DNA of 31,614 nucleotides from a virus (taxonomy: Duplodnaviria; Caudoviricetes). A program made the translations under genes and the position numbers. Positions 1-8,286 of the stretch are shown piece after piece (position 1 is the first letter of the stretch; each line of letters starts with the position of its first letter). The stretch lies in IMG/VR virus record IMGVR_UViG_3300046779_000482, positions 1-31,614 of that record, one strand, 5' to 3'. Under the pieces are notes generated by a model. The model did no database searches and was not told the DNA's origin. It saw only the letters and a list, made by a program, of their open reading frames with translations.

Positions 1-2
1 AA

Positions 3-83
3 GCAGCAAAACAGGACTTTGCGCGTCTTAAAAAGACAGGTAGTCGGCAAGACGCAGCAAGGGTTTTTGAACGATTCTTGTAA
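3..83 (+). CDS. C-terminal fragment of probable capsid scaffolding protein (partial)
   Basis: Open frame AAKQDFARLKKTGSRQDAARVFERFL* ends at TAA 81-83, directly upstream of the capsid gene; position and amphipathic C-terminal helix fit a scaffold. Confidence 0.6.
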   Translation, partial: AAKQDFARLKKTGSRQDAARVFERFL

Positions 84-95
84 TTTGGAGTAATC

Positions 96-1052
96 ATGTC
101 AGTTCCTTCAGGTACCTTTCAGACCTTCACCGCTATCGGTCAGCGTGAAGATCTAACCGATGTTATCTACAACATCAGCCCGACCGAGACCCCTATCCTT
201 TCGTCGCTTGCTCGCACGAAAGCTACCGCTGTTTATCACGAGTGGCAGACGGATACCCTGGCAGCAGCAACCACCAACAACGCACAGGTTGAAGGTGACG
301 ACGCTACGGCGGCAACCATCAGCCCGACGACTCGTCTCGGTAACTACACACAGATCGTTGCTAAGACGATCCAGGTGTCAGGCACGATGATGGCCGTTGA
401 TCTTGCAGGACGTCGCGCAGAGAAGGCTTATCAACTCTCGAAGGCTTCACAAGAGCTCAAGCGTGACCAAGAGACGATCCTTGCTGCTAACCAAGGTCGC
501 AGTGCTGGCAACTCGTCCACGGCTCGCAAGTTGGGTTCGCTTTTGTCTTGGCTCAAGACTAACTCGAACTACAACACCACTGACGGTGCTAACCCCACCA
601 CCATCGGTGTTTCGACTCGTTCGGATGGCACGACTCGCACCTTCACCGAGGCAATCCTTAAGGATGGCGTTCAGCAGGTTTACACCTCTGGCGGCAGCCC
701 CAAGATCCTCGTGGTCGGCCCTGCACTCAAGCAGACCGTTTCGGCCTTTGCTGGTATCGCAGCACAACGCTACATGGCTCCTTCTGACGCGCCGACGACC
801 ATCATCGGCGCAGCAGATGTGTACCTGAGCGACTTCGGTTCGATCTCTGTAGTGCCAGATCGTTTCGTTCGCAGCCGTGATGCGTTCATCCTTGATCCGG
901 AATATGCAGCGATTGGTTATCTGCGTCCCTTCCAGACCAATGAGCTTGCCAAGACTGGCGACTCCGAGAAAACTCAGATCCTTGCTGAGTTCACGATGGA
1001 GATGCGTAACGAGGCTGCCCACGGTATCCTGGCTGACCTCAAGACAGCGTAA
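96..1052 (+). CDS. Major capsid protein (DUF5309 / SU10-type MCP)
   Basis: 318 aa; GGAG RBS at 87-90; motifs G.REDL.D.IY.ISP.ETP, HEWQTD, NYTQI, LAKTGD.EK; followed by an intrinsic terminator. Confidence 0.9.
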   Translation: MSVPSGTFQTFTAIGQREDLTDVIYNISPTETPILSSLARTKATAVYHEWQTDTLAAATTNNAQVEGDDATAATISPTTRLGNYTQIVAKTIQVSGTMMAVDLAGRRAEKAYQLSKASQELKRDQETILAANQGRSAGNSSTARKLGSLLSWLKTNSNYNTTDGANPTTIGVSTRSDGTTRTFTEAILKDGVQQVYTSGGSPKILVVGPALKQTVSAFAGIAAQRYMAPSDAPTTIIGAADVYLSDFGSISVVPDRFVRSRDAFILDPEYAAIGYLRPFQTNELAKTGDSEKTQILAEFTMEMRNEAAHGILADLKTA

Positions 1053-1065
1053 CAAAAACTGTGGT

Positions 1066-1100
1066 AAAAAAGAGGGAGGCGTAACAACCTCCCTTTTTTT
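1066..1100 (+). terminator. Rho-independent terminator after capsid gene (possibly bidirectional)
   Basis: A-tract, GGGAGG/CCTCCC stem, T7 tract. Confidence 0.8.
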
Positions 1101-1385
1101 ATGCTCAAAACTAAATTTCATGCAACCGACGACCAGTATGTCTTTGAGAGGACTCAGGACATCACGGATATTGTCGAGCAGAACAAGGCACTCTACAACG
1201 CGACAGACGAGCGTGAGCGTTGGGGTGAGTGGACACGTTACGCTCAACTGCCTTTCGCGGTGGTTGACGATCTAAACAGGCAAGGGATCATGCGAGGCTT
1301 TGCCGTCGCAGACGAGAAAAAATTCAGGGCGTGGATGAACGACCCAGAGAACAGACACTTTAGAACTAGACCAGGGAAAGTATGA
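1101..1385 (+). CDS. Phage head-module protein of unknown function
   Basis: 94 aa ending W.NDPENRHFRTRPGKV; ATGA overlap with next gene. Confidence 0.7.
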   Translation: MLKTKFHATDDQYVFERTQDITDIVEQNKALYNATDERERWGEWTRYAQLPFAVVDDLNRQGIMRGFAVADEKKFRAWMNDPENRHFRTRPGKV

Positions 1386-2047
1386 AGATAGCCTTTTGTG
1401 TCCCATGTCGGGACACGATGATGACGGGGACATCCTTCGATATGGCTCGATTGGCTGCGTACGATGGGGCCAATAGATGCGCGTTAACAGGAGGTTCTTT
1501 CCTCTTGTATACCGCACCAGGAACGCTCATATTCAGTCAAAGAGAGTCTCTAGCCAAAGAAGCGTTAGCGGATGGTGCTGAGTACATCCTCTGGGTGGAC
1601 TCGGACATGAGATTCCCCAAGAATACGTTAGAGAGACTGTTAGCCCACGGCGAAAAGATTGTCGGGGTCAATGCAGTCACGAGACGTAAACCAGTTTTGC
1701 CGACTGCTATTAACTTCCATCAAGATAAAGAGATCTTTGAGAAGATTGAGAGTCGCGGCAAGAAGGGTATCGAGGAGGTGACTGCTGTAGGTTTTGGGGT
1801 TGTGCTAACCCATAAGTCTGTGTTTGAGGCTATGCCGCAACCGTGGTTTGATGTAGTATGGGGGGCGGGTGGTCTAATTGGCGAAGATGTGCATTTTTGC
1901 GTGAAAGCCCTAGATCACGGGATTAAGACTTTCGTGGATCACGAATTGAGCCTCGAAATAGGACACATCGGGACGCACGAATACCGATGGAGCGATGTCG
2001 AATATGGCCCTAAACAGTTACGGCAATCTACAGACAACGATAGCTAA
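1382..2047 (+). CDS. GT-A fold (GT2-like) glycosyltransferase
   Basis: DxD motif in YILWVDSDM, plus GFG, GEDVHFC and GHIG motifs. Confidence 0.75.
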   Translation: MKIAFCVPCRDTMMTGTSFDMARLAAYDGANRCALTGGSFLLYTAPGTLIFSQRESLAKEALADGAEYILWVDSDMRFPKNTLERLLAHGEKIVGVNAVTRRKPVLPTAINFHQDKEIFEKIESRGKKGIEEVTAVGFGVVLTHKSVFEAMPQPWFDVVWGAGGLIGEDVHFCVKALDHGIKTFVDHELSLEIGHIGTHEYRWSDVEYGPKQLRQSTDNDS

Positions 2048-2624
2048 TTATCTCTCACGAGATGATCTTACTTCCGCGATCCCTGACTTCATCCAACTCG
2101 CAGAGATTCGACTCCGTAGAGATCTACGCCTGCGCGAAATGCTTACGCAAGCATCGATCACGGCGACAGGTGGAGTCTCGACAATTAGCCTCCCTAGCGA
2201 CTTCCTGCAAGCAAGGGATGTGTACGTTGACTCTGACCCCGATTTCCCAGTTACGTTCACAACGCCGAGCATCTTTATTCGGAACGGTCGGACGAACCAA
2301 AGTGGTGTACCAGCTTTCTACACGATCATCGGGTCATCGATTCAGTTTGCCCCAATTCCTGACAGCAATTACGACATCAAGATTCTCTACTACGCAGCCC
2401 CTGCGTTTTTATCTACGGCAGCCCCGACAAATCTCTGGATTACGACCTGTCCGGATGCACTCCTCTACGGGTCACTGGGCGAGGCTGAACCTTATCTCAT
2501 GAACGATCCCAGGCTACAGACCTGGGGTGCGCTTTATGATCGTGCGATTGCCGCATTAACCCGATCCGACGAAGAGAGTCAGTATTCGGGTGTGCCTCTA
2601 GCCATGACACTTGCCAAGCGATGA
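2004..2624 (+). CDS. Head-tail adaptor / tail tubular protein A-like
   Basis: Start probably ATG 2004 (GGAG at 1989-1992); LPSDFL, FAPIPD and PDALLYGSL motifs; lies between capsid and nozzle genes. Confidence 0.7.
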   Translation: MALNSYGNLQTTIANYLSRDDLTSAIPDFIQLAEIRLRRDLRLREMLTQASITATGGVSTISLPSDFLQARDVYVDSDPDFPVTFTTPSIFIRNGRTNQSGVPAFYTIIGSSIQFAPIPDSNYDIKILYYAAPAFLSTAAPTNLWITTCPDALLYGSLGEAEPYLMNDPRLQTWGALYDRAIAALTRSDEESQYSGVPLAMTLAKR

Positions 2625-4072
2625 GAGTTAACTTTGGTGAGTGGTTGCCGGATCAACCAGGGGTAGCAGGAGCCCTTGTTGATGCCAAGAACGTCATACC
2701 CCAACAGGTGGGTTATGGCCCTTTATCTTCGCCTAGTGAGTGGAGCAATGCGGCTTCAGAAACGCTTAATTCGGTTGCTGCTGCGGCTGCTCCGGACGAG
2801 GCGGTAACGGTCTTTGCTGGCGGTGATACGAAGTTATTCAAGCTAGGCACAAACCTAAACCTTACGGATGTTTCTAAGTCTGGTGGATATACAACACCAT
2901 CAGATCAGAAGTGGCGTTTTACTCAGTTTGGCAATCGAGTGATCGCGGCCAACGGAGGCGACAGGCTTCAAGGTTATCTCATGGGTTCGTCTACCCTATT
3001 TGCAGACCTTGGTGCTGCTGCACCTAAGTCTAGGTACGTCACAACGGTCAGGGACTTTGTTGTTGCAGGCTTTAACAACGGTTCAACGGTCTACCCTAAT
3101 CGCGTGGAATGGTGCGCGTTAGGAGACGAGACAAGCTGGACTCCTGCCGCAACGACACAAGCAGACTACCAGGACATACCTGATGGTGGACACGTCAAGG
3201 GTCTGACGGGTGGTGAGTACGGCATCGTGTTTATGGATCGTGCGGTTGTCCGTATGTCATACGTTGGAAGCCCTCTTGTATTCCAATTCGACACGATCTC
3301 TAGGGGTCTTGGGTGTATGGAGCCCAACTCGATCATCCAGTACGCAGGTATGTCGTTCTTTTTGTCTGATGACGGGTTTTACAGGTGCAATGGTCAAGCG
3401 GTCGAGTCCATCTCTGTCGAGAAGGTGGATAGATGGTTCTTCAATAACGTCGATATATCGCAACTTTCCTCGATGTCTGCCGCGGTAGACCCGCTTAAGA
3501 ACCTCGTAATCTGGGCGTTTAAGACGGTCGATCAGTCAACTTTCGTCTTAATCTACAACTTTAACCTCAATAAATGGTCTTACGGTGAGGTGAATGTAGA
3601 CACAATAGCCTCATCTACCGCAATCACGACAACTTCCTCGTCTGGCCTTACCTTAGAGCAACTGGATGCTTACGGAAGCCTTGAGACGCTCCCTGCAAGC
3701 CTTGATTCCTTTGGGTATACGGTTACATCCACCCTCCTGACGGGTACGCTAGGGACCAAGATCGTTGCCTTTTCGGGCTCCAACCTGACAGCAAACATCG
3801 TCACACCTGATCTCTCGCTCAACGACACGCCAAGCGTTATTACCTTGGTTAGGCCGGTTATTGATGGCGGTTCTTGCTCGGTTCAGATCAACTCAAGGCG
3901 CAGACTCAACCAACAGACCGACTTTACCGGCTCGACCTACTCGGCTAATGATGATAATCGGATTGGATTAAGGTCTGCCGGAACCTATCACAGGTTAAAA
4001 ACCATTCCTTCCGGTGTCTGGTCATCTGCTGTAGGTTTGGATGTCACGATTGTCCCGCAGGGCTTGAGATGA
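2621..4072 (+). CDS. Tail nozzle / DNA stabilisation protein (P22 gp10 / tail tubular B-like)
   Basis: 483 aa, beta-strand-rich propeller-like sequence; FGEWLPDQP N-terminus; follows adaptor. Confidence 0.7.
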   Translation: MRVNFGEWLPDQPGVAGALVDAKNVIPQQVGYGPLSSPSEWSNAASETLNSVAAAAAPDEAVTVFAGGDTKLFKLGTNLNLTDVSKSGGYTTPSDQKWRFTQFGNRVIAANGGDRLQGYLMGSSTLFADLGAAAPKSRYVTTVRDFVVAGFNNGSTVYPNRVEWCALGDETSWTPAATTQADYQDIPDGGHVKGLTGGEYGIVFMDRAVVRMSYVGSPLVFQFDTISRGLGCMEPNSIIQYAGMSFFLSDDGFYRCNGQAVESISVEKVDRWFFNNVDISQLSSMSAAVDPLKNLVIWAFKTVDQSTFVLIYNFNLNKWSYGEVNVDTIASSTAITTTSSSGLTLEQLDAYGSLETLPASLDSFGYTVTSTLLTGTLGTKIVAFSGSNLTANIVTPDLSLNDTPSVITLVRPVIDGGSCSVQINSRRRLNQQTDFTGSTYSANDDNRIGLRSAGTYHRLKTIPSGVWSSAVGLDVTIVPQGLR

Positions 4073-4851
4073 TCTTCCGTACGCTACCTCCGTTTGGTGG
4101 CGATCAACGCGCTGTTGCAGAGATTGTCCGCGGCATCATGGACGGTAAGACCAACAACACGGGAACGGTGACGTTAGCCACAGGAAACGCGACTACAACC
4201 ACGATCACAGACGCTAGGATAGGAGTGGAAAGCAAGATCATCCTTGTCCCTTACTCTGCTGCCGCTTATGCTGACTCGATCCCCTACGGCTCGTTTTTCG
4301 ACGTTAACGACCAATCTGCCGCAAGCACAACAACGGCTTATGCAATCACGTTTTCCAATACCGACCTGTCCAATAACGTCTACCTGTCGAACTCATCGAG
4401 GATCAATGTAAGGGCGGCTGGCAAATACAACTTCCAATTCTCTGTCCAGTTGGCAAACGATGACTCGCAGATCCAAGACGTAGACATCTGGGTCAGGAAG
4501 AACGGTACTGACATTGCCGATAGCAACTCTAAGTTTTCTATCGACTCAAAGCATGGGTCAGTTAAGGGTCATGTTATTGCTGCGCTCAATCTATTTATAG
4601 ACCTGGCGGCTAACGACTACATCGAGTTAATGTGGGCAACAACCTCAACGTTGGTCATCATCGAGCATATCCCCACTCAGACGAGTCCTACGCGACCTGC
4701 GACTCCTTCGGTGATTGCCACGATGCAATTTGTGGGCGGGTTTTCTAACGGCGGGGTTTACATCTCTTCGGTTACGAACGGGTCCGCGACGATTACGCAT
4801 TTTCCAAATGCAACCTCTGACAAAACTTACGGCTATGTGGTGGTCGGATGA
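4069..4851 (+). CDS. Virion tail-associated protein with internal beta-sandwich (C1q/TNF-like) domain
   Basis: 260 aa, Thr/Ser-rich; G.YNFQFSVQL and L.ANDYIELMW strands. Confidence 0.55.
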   Translation: MIFRTLPPFGGDQRAVAEIVRGIMDGKTNNTGTVTLATGNATTTTITDARIGVESKIILVPYSAAAYADSIPYGSFFDVNDQSAASTTTAYAITFSNTDLSNNVYLSNSSRINVRAAGKYNFQFSVQLANDDSQIQDVDIWVRKNGTDIADSNSKFSIDSKHGSVKGHVIAALNLFIDLAANDYIELMWATTSTLVIIEHIPTQTSPTRPATPSVIATMQFVGGFSNGGVYISSVTNGSATITHFPNATSDKTYGYVVVG

Positions 4852-5234
4852 ATGTGCAATATATCAAGCCAGATGAACTCAGAAAGGTCTGGCAGTACAT
4901 CAAGCCAGGGCTTGAGGTTGTTCTCAAGAAGAGTCCAGAAGCATGGATACCGGAGGACATCTATTCTGACTGCTTTAACCAGCGATCAATGCTTTGGGCT
5001 TTTGTTGAGGACAACACTGTTGTTGGCTTTGTTGTTTTGCAGCCTATGGGCGATAATTTGCATGTTTGGGTTGCTTATGGCAAGGGAGATTTTGATGCAG
5101 GCATGGATCATGTTCTCCGCATTGCGAGAGATGGTGGCGCGAAAACTATCAGCTTTGATTCTTGGCGTAAAGGTTGGGATAAAAAAGCTAAGGCGTTAGG
5201 TTTTAGACCCAGGAAATGGGTGAGAGAGGTTTGA
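4848..5234 (+). CDS. GNAT-fold-like virion assembly protein
   Basis: 128 aa; VVGFVVL strand, RKGW.K...LGF motif; sits before the ejection proteins, as similar genes do in podoviruses. Confidence 0.5.
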   Translation: MNVQYIKPDELRKVWQYIKPGLEVVLKKSPEAWIPEDIYSDCFNQRSMLWAFVEDNTVVGFVVLQPMGDNLHVWVAYGKGDFDAGMDHVLRIARDGGAKTISFDSWRKGWDKKAKALGFRPRKWVREV

Positions 5235-5235
5235 T

Positions 5236-6357
5236 ATGGCTGGCGGTTCAACAAACACAGTAACCAGGACAGAACTTGATCCTACGATGCGTCCGTATGT
5301 TCAGTACGGATTAAGCGAGGCTCAACGTCTCTACCAGGCTGGCGCTCCCCAATACTTTACAGGCCAAACGTACATAGGACCGTCTCAGCAGACGCAATCT
5401 GCTTTGTCGGCCATGCAGTCTCGTGCCATGCAGGGCAATCCGCTTGTACCTTTGGCGCAACAACAACTTGCACAAACCATCTCTGGTACGCAGGCGCAGG
5501 GTTTCGGTCAGTCAATTTCACCTTACTTTGCCTCAACGCTTTCTGGTCAGAAGGCCGAGGCTTTAGGTGCTGCTGTTAGCCCTTATTTATCTCAAACGCT
5601 TTCTGGTGAGCAAGCTCAAGCATTGGGTTTGGCCGCAAGTCCTGAGTTGGCAAAAGCCATAAGCGGGGCTTATCTTGGCGCTAATCCATACTACTCATCG
5701 GCGCTACAACCTGGTTTCCAGGCAGCGACAACCGCTTATCAAGATGCAATTAACCAAATGCGATCAAGAGCGTCTGCTGCTGGGCGATACGGGCCAAACG
5801 AGGCTCTTATGTCCCAAGAGCAAAGGGCGCAAGGTGCTTTGGCTAACGCTTTAACGGCTCAGGCTGGTCAGCTTGGTTATCAGGGTTATGAGGCAGAGCG
5901 TGCTAGGCAACAACAAGCCCTTGGCCTGGGTCTTAATCTTTATGAGTCGGAAAAGGCTAGGCAGCAAGCCGCAGCGCAAATGGGAACTCAGTTATACGAG
6001 GCAGAAAAAGCAAGGCAACAAGCTGCTGCTCAGACAGGTGCTCAGTTGTATTCTCAGGAAAGGGGTTTGCAACAAGCGGCGATTGGTGCTGCCCCAGGTT
6101 TAGCCGCTCAGGACTACACGGACATCGCTCAACTTGCACAAGTCGGCCAAGCCTCGGAGGCTTACCAACAAGCTGCCCTGCAAGATGCAATCCAGAGGTT
6201 TAACTACCAACAACAGGCTCCCTACGCTGCGCTGCAATCCTTCTTATCGTCATCGTTTGGCGCTCCACAGGGTATGCAGACCGTACAGCCTAGTTACTCC
6301 AATCCGCTTGCTGGCATCTTAGGCACAGCCCTCGCAGGAAAGGCATTGTTAGCATGA
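5236..6357 (+). CDS. Internal virion / DNA ejection protein
   Basis: 373 aa, Ala/Gln/Gly-rich and helical, NPY motif, internal 20-aa and 18-aa repeats; GAGG RBS. Confidence 0.65.
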   Translation: MAGGSTNTVTRTELDPTMRPYVQYGLSEAQRLYQAGAPQYFTGQTYIGPSQQTQSALSAMQSRAMQGNPLVPLAQQQLAQTISGTQAQGFGQSISPYFASTLSGQKAEALGAAVSPYLSQTLSGEQAQALGLAASPELAKAISGAYLGANPYYSSALQPGFQAATTAYQDAINQMRSRASAAGRYGPNEALMSQEQRAQGALANALTAQAGQLGYQGYEAERARQQQALGLGLNLYESEKARQQAAAQMGTQLYEAEKARQQAAAQTGAQLYSQERGLQQAAIGAAPGLAAQDYTDIAQLAQVGQASEAYQQAALQDAIQRFNYQQQAPYAALQSFLSSSFGAPQGMQTVQPSYSNPLAGILGTALAGKALLA

Positions 6358-6848
6358 GCGGCGCTGAGCCAATTATTGCGGCTGAGGTTATTGGAGCGGC
6401 AACAGCGGCTGAGGGCGCAGCGGCAGCGGCTGCAACAGCAGCAGAAGCGGCGGCAGCGGCTAGTGCGGCACAAACAGCGGCAGCAGCAACAGGAGCGTCT
6501 AATCCGTTCTTGTCGGCAGCTTATGGCTCCCTGCCTGGTATGACGATGGGCTCTCAACAAGCGGCTATGCTCGCAGCGCAAACAGGTGAGTTTGGCCTGC
6601 CTGGGTTAATGGCAACGGGTCAGTCCGCAACATCTGCCGGTGCTGGTGGTCCACTAGCCAAGGCTTTGTTTTCGTCTGGAACGCCAGCGACCGCAAGGAT
6701 GGGTATGCAGGGATTAAGTCTCATGCAACAGTCTGCTCCACAGGCTCCACCTCCACCAGGCATAAAGCGAGGCCAGCAGGTACAGGTAGCAGACTTTGGC
6801 TCCTTGATGGCCCAACCCGTACAGCGCAAGCGTATATCTTTGCTGTGA
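6354..6848 (+). CDS. Ala/Gly-rich internal virion protein
   Basis: 164 aa low-complexity protein coupled to the previous gene by ATGA. Confidence 0.55.
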   Translation: MSGAEPIIAAEVIGAATAAEGAAAAAATAAEAAAAASAAQTAAAATGASNPFLSAAYGSLPGMTMGSQQAAMLAAQTGEFGLPGLMATGQSATSAGAGGPLAKALFSSGTPATARMGMQGLSLMQQSAPQAPPPPGIKRGQQVQVADFGSLMAQPVQRKRISLL

Positions 6849-6852
6849 GGAT

Positions 6853-8286
6853 GTGATGGAAGAATACTTAGCTCGATTGTTTGGAAGCCAACCCTCTTAC
6901 ATGGGGCAACTCATGGGGGCAGAGGACGCTGAGAGGCTTCGCAGAGAGGCGCAGAACCAAGGCTTGTTAGGCGCTGGTATCGGGCTGCTCATGGCTTCTG
7001 GACCGTCAGCGCAGAAACAGAATATCGGCCAGATCATCGGCCAGGGTCTGATGGCAGGCCAGCAAGCCTATCGCGGTGCTATGCAGCAAGCGGTGCAGGA
7101 CAGGATGATGGGATTGCAGTTGGAAGAGGCTGCGAAAAAACGCCAGCGCGAAGAGGCTTTTAATAGGATGCTAATGGGTCCAACAGCAGAACAACAAACC
7201 GCTATTGCTGGAAGGGCGATGGGCACAGAAGGACCGACCGTTGCGGCGGCAGATAGACTGCAAGCCATGCAAAAGCAAGCAACTCCATTCGGATCGTTGA
7301 GTGCTGAACAGCTAGCCATTGCAAGGATTATGGGACCAGAGGCTGGCTCAAAGTTTTTAGGCGAGCAGCTCAAAGAAAAGTTTTCAACTACGCCGACGAC
7401 CGTAATGATTGACGGTAGGCCAACGCTTGTGCAATTTAGTGAAACAGGCGCAATGAAAACGGTCAACGCTTCGCCTTTGCCAAACGAAGAGCAGGTCGAT
7501 CAAGGCGATCGCATTGTTTTTAGAGATAAAACGACCGGAACAATTACCGGAGAGATCAAGAAAAACATACCTCCAGCAGAAGCCAAGAGAATCATGCTTG
7601 ATGAGCAAAGGCTTCAACTTGAAAACCGAAGAGTTGCTATGGAAGGTCAGCGCGTTGGCATGGAAGGCCAGCGACTTAATCTTGCTAAAGGCGAATTTGA
7701 ACGAGGCGCGTATAGGGTTGTTGATACACCAAACGGGCAGATGTATGTTTCTTCCATTCCTGGTATGCCTGCCATTCCAATAACCGACCAAACAGGTCAG
7801 CCTGTCATGGGTGCGGCAAGCAAGATGCCGGAGGCTCAGGCCAAACAGGTCATTGGCGCTCAAAACACAGTCAATGCCATCAATGAGTTTAGAAAATCGC
7901 TTTCAGGATTTACGACCACTGATGCTGCGAATCCTGCCAAACGCGCAGATATACAACTTAAGTATCGCAATATGCAGTTACAAGCTAAAGAGGCTTATAA
8001 CTTAGGTGTTCTTAACGGACCTGACTTGGCGATCATCGAGCAGTTAGTACAAGATCCAACAACCGTCACGGGTATCTTTACCGGCAAAAAAGCTATTGAT
8101 AAACAAGCGTCTGAATTGTCACGGATCATTACCGATATGGGTAATGTTGCGGCAAAAAGGCCTAAGGATGTTGAAGGCGCAAAGCCAGAGCCACCAAAAG
8201 AAACGCCTAAATCAGATGCCGCGACAGATCTTATGAAAGCGGCGCAGGAAGAAATTCAAAAAAGACTTAGAGCGCGAGGCCAATAA
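6853..8286 (+). CDS. Internal virion / DNA ejection protein
   Basis: 477 aa; hydrophobic N-terminal GLLGAGIGLL segment, coiled-coil stretches, LGVLNGPDL motif; start is GTG 6853 or ATG 6856. Confidence 0.6.
   Translation: MMEEYLARLFGSQPSYMGQLMGAEDAERLRREAQNQGLLGAGIGLLMASGPSAQKQNIGQIIGQGLMAGQQAYRGAMQQAVQDRMMGLQLEEAAKKRQREEAFNRMLMGPTAEQQTAIAGRAMGTEGPTVAAADRLQAMQKQATPFGSLSAEQLAIARIMGPEAGSKFLGEQLKEKFSTTPTTVMIDGRPTLVQFSETGAMKTVNASPLPNEEQVDQGDRIVFRDKTTGTITGEIKKNIPPAEAKRIMLDEQRLQLENRRVAMEGQRVGMEGQRLNLAKGEFERGAYRVVDTPNGQMYVSSIPGMPAIPITDQTGQPVMGAASKMPEAQAKQVIGAQNTVNAINEFRKSLSGFTTTDAANPAKRADIQLKYRNMQLQAKEAYNLGVLNGPDLAIIEQLVQDPTTVTGIFTGKKAIDKQASELSRIITDMGNVAAKRPKDVEGAKPEPPKETPKSDAATDLMKAAQEEIQKRLRARGQ

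Noticed and set aside
447-1247. 266-aa minus-strand ORF and other long antisense ORFs (7068-7863, 10447-12021)
   Set aside because: These are shadow frames of strongly supported plus-strand genes and show no recognisable motifs.
6400-6495. GCA/GCG trinucleotide-like run as a contingency repeat
   Set aside because: The run is imperfect and simply encodes an Ala-rich stretch of a virion protein.
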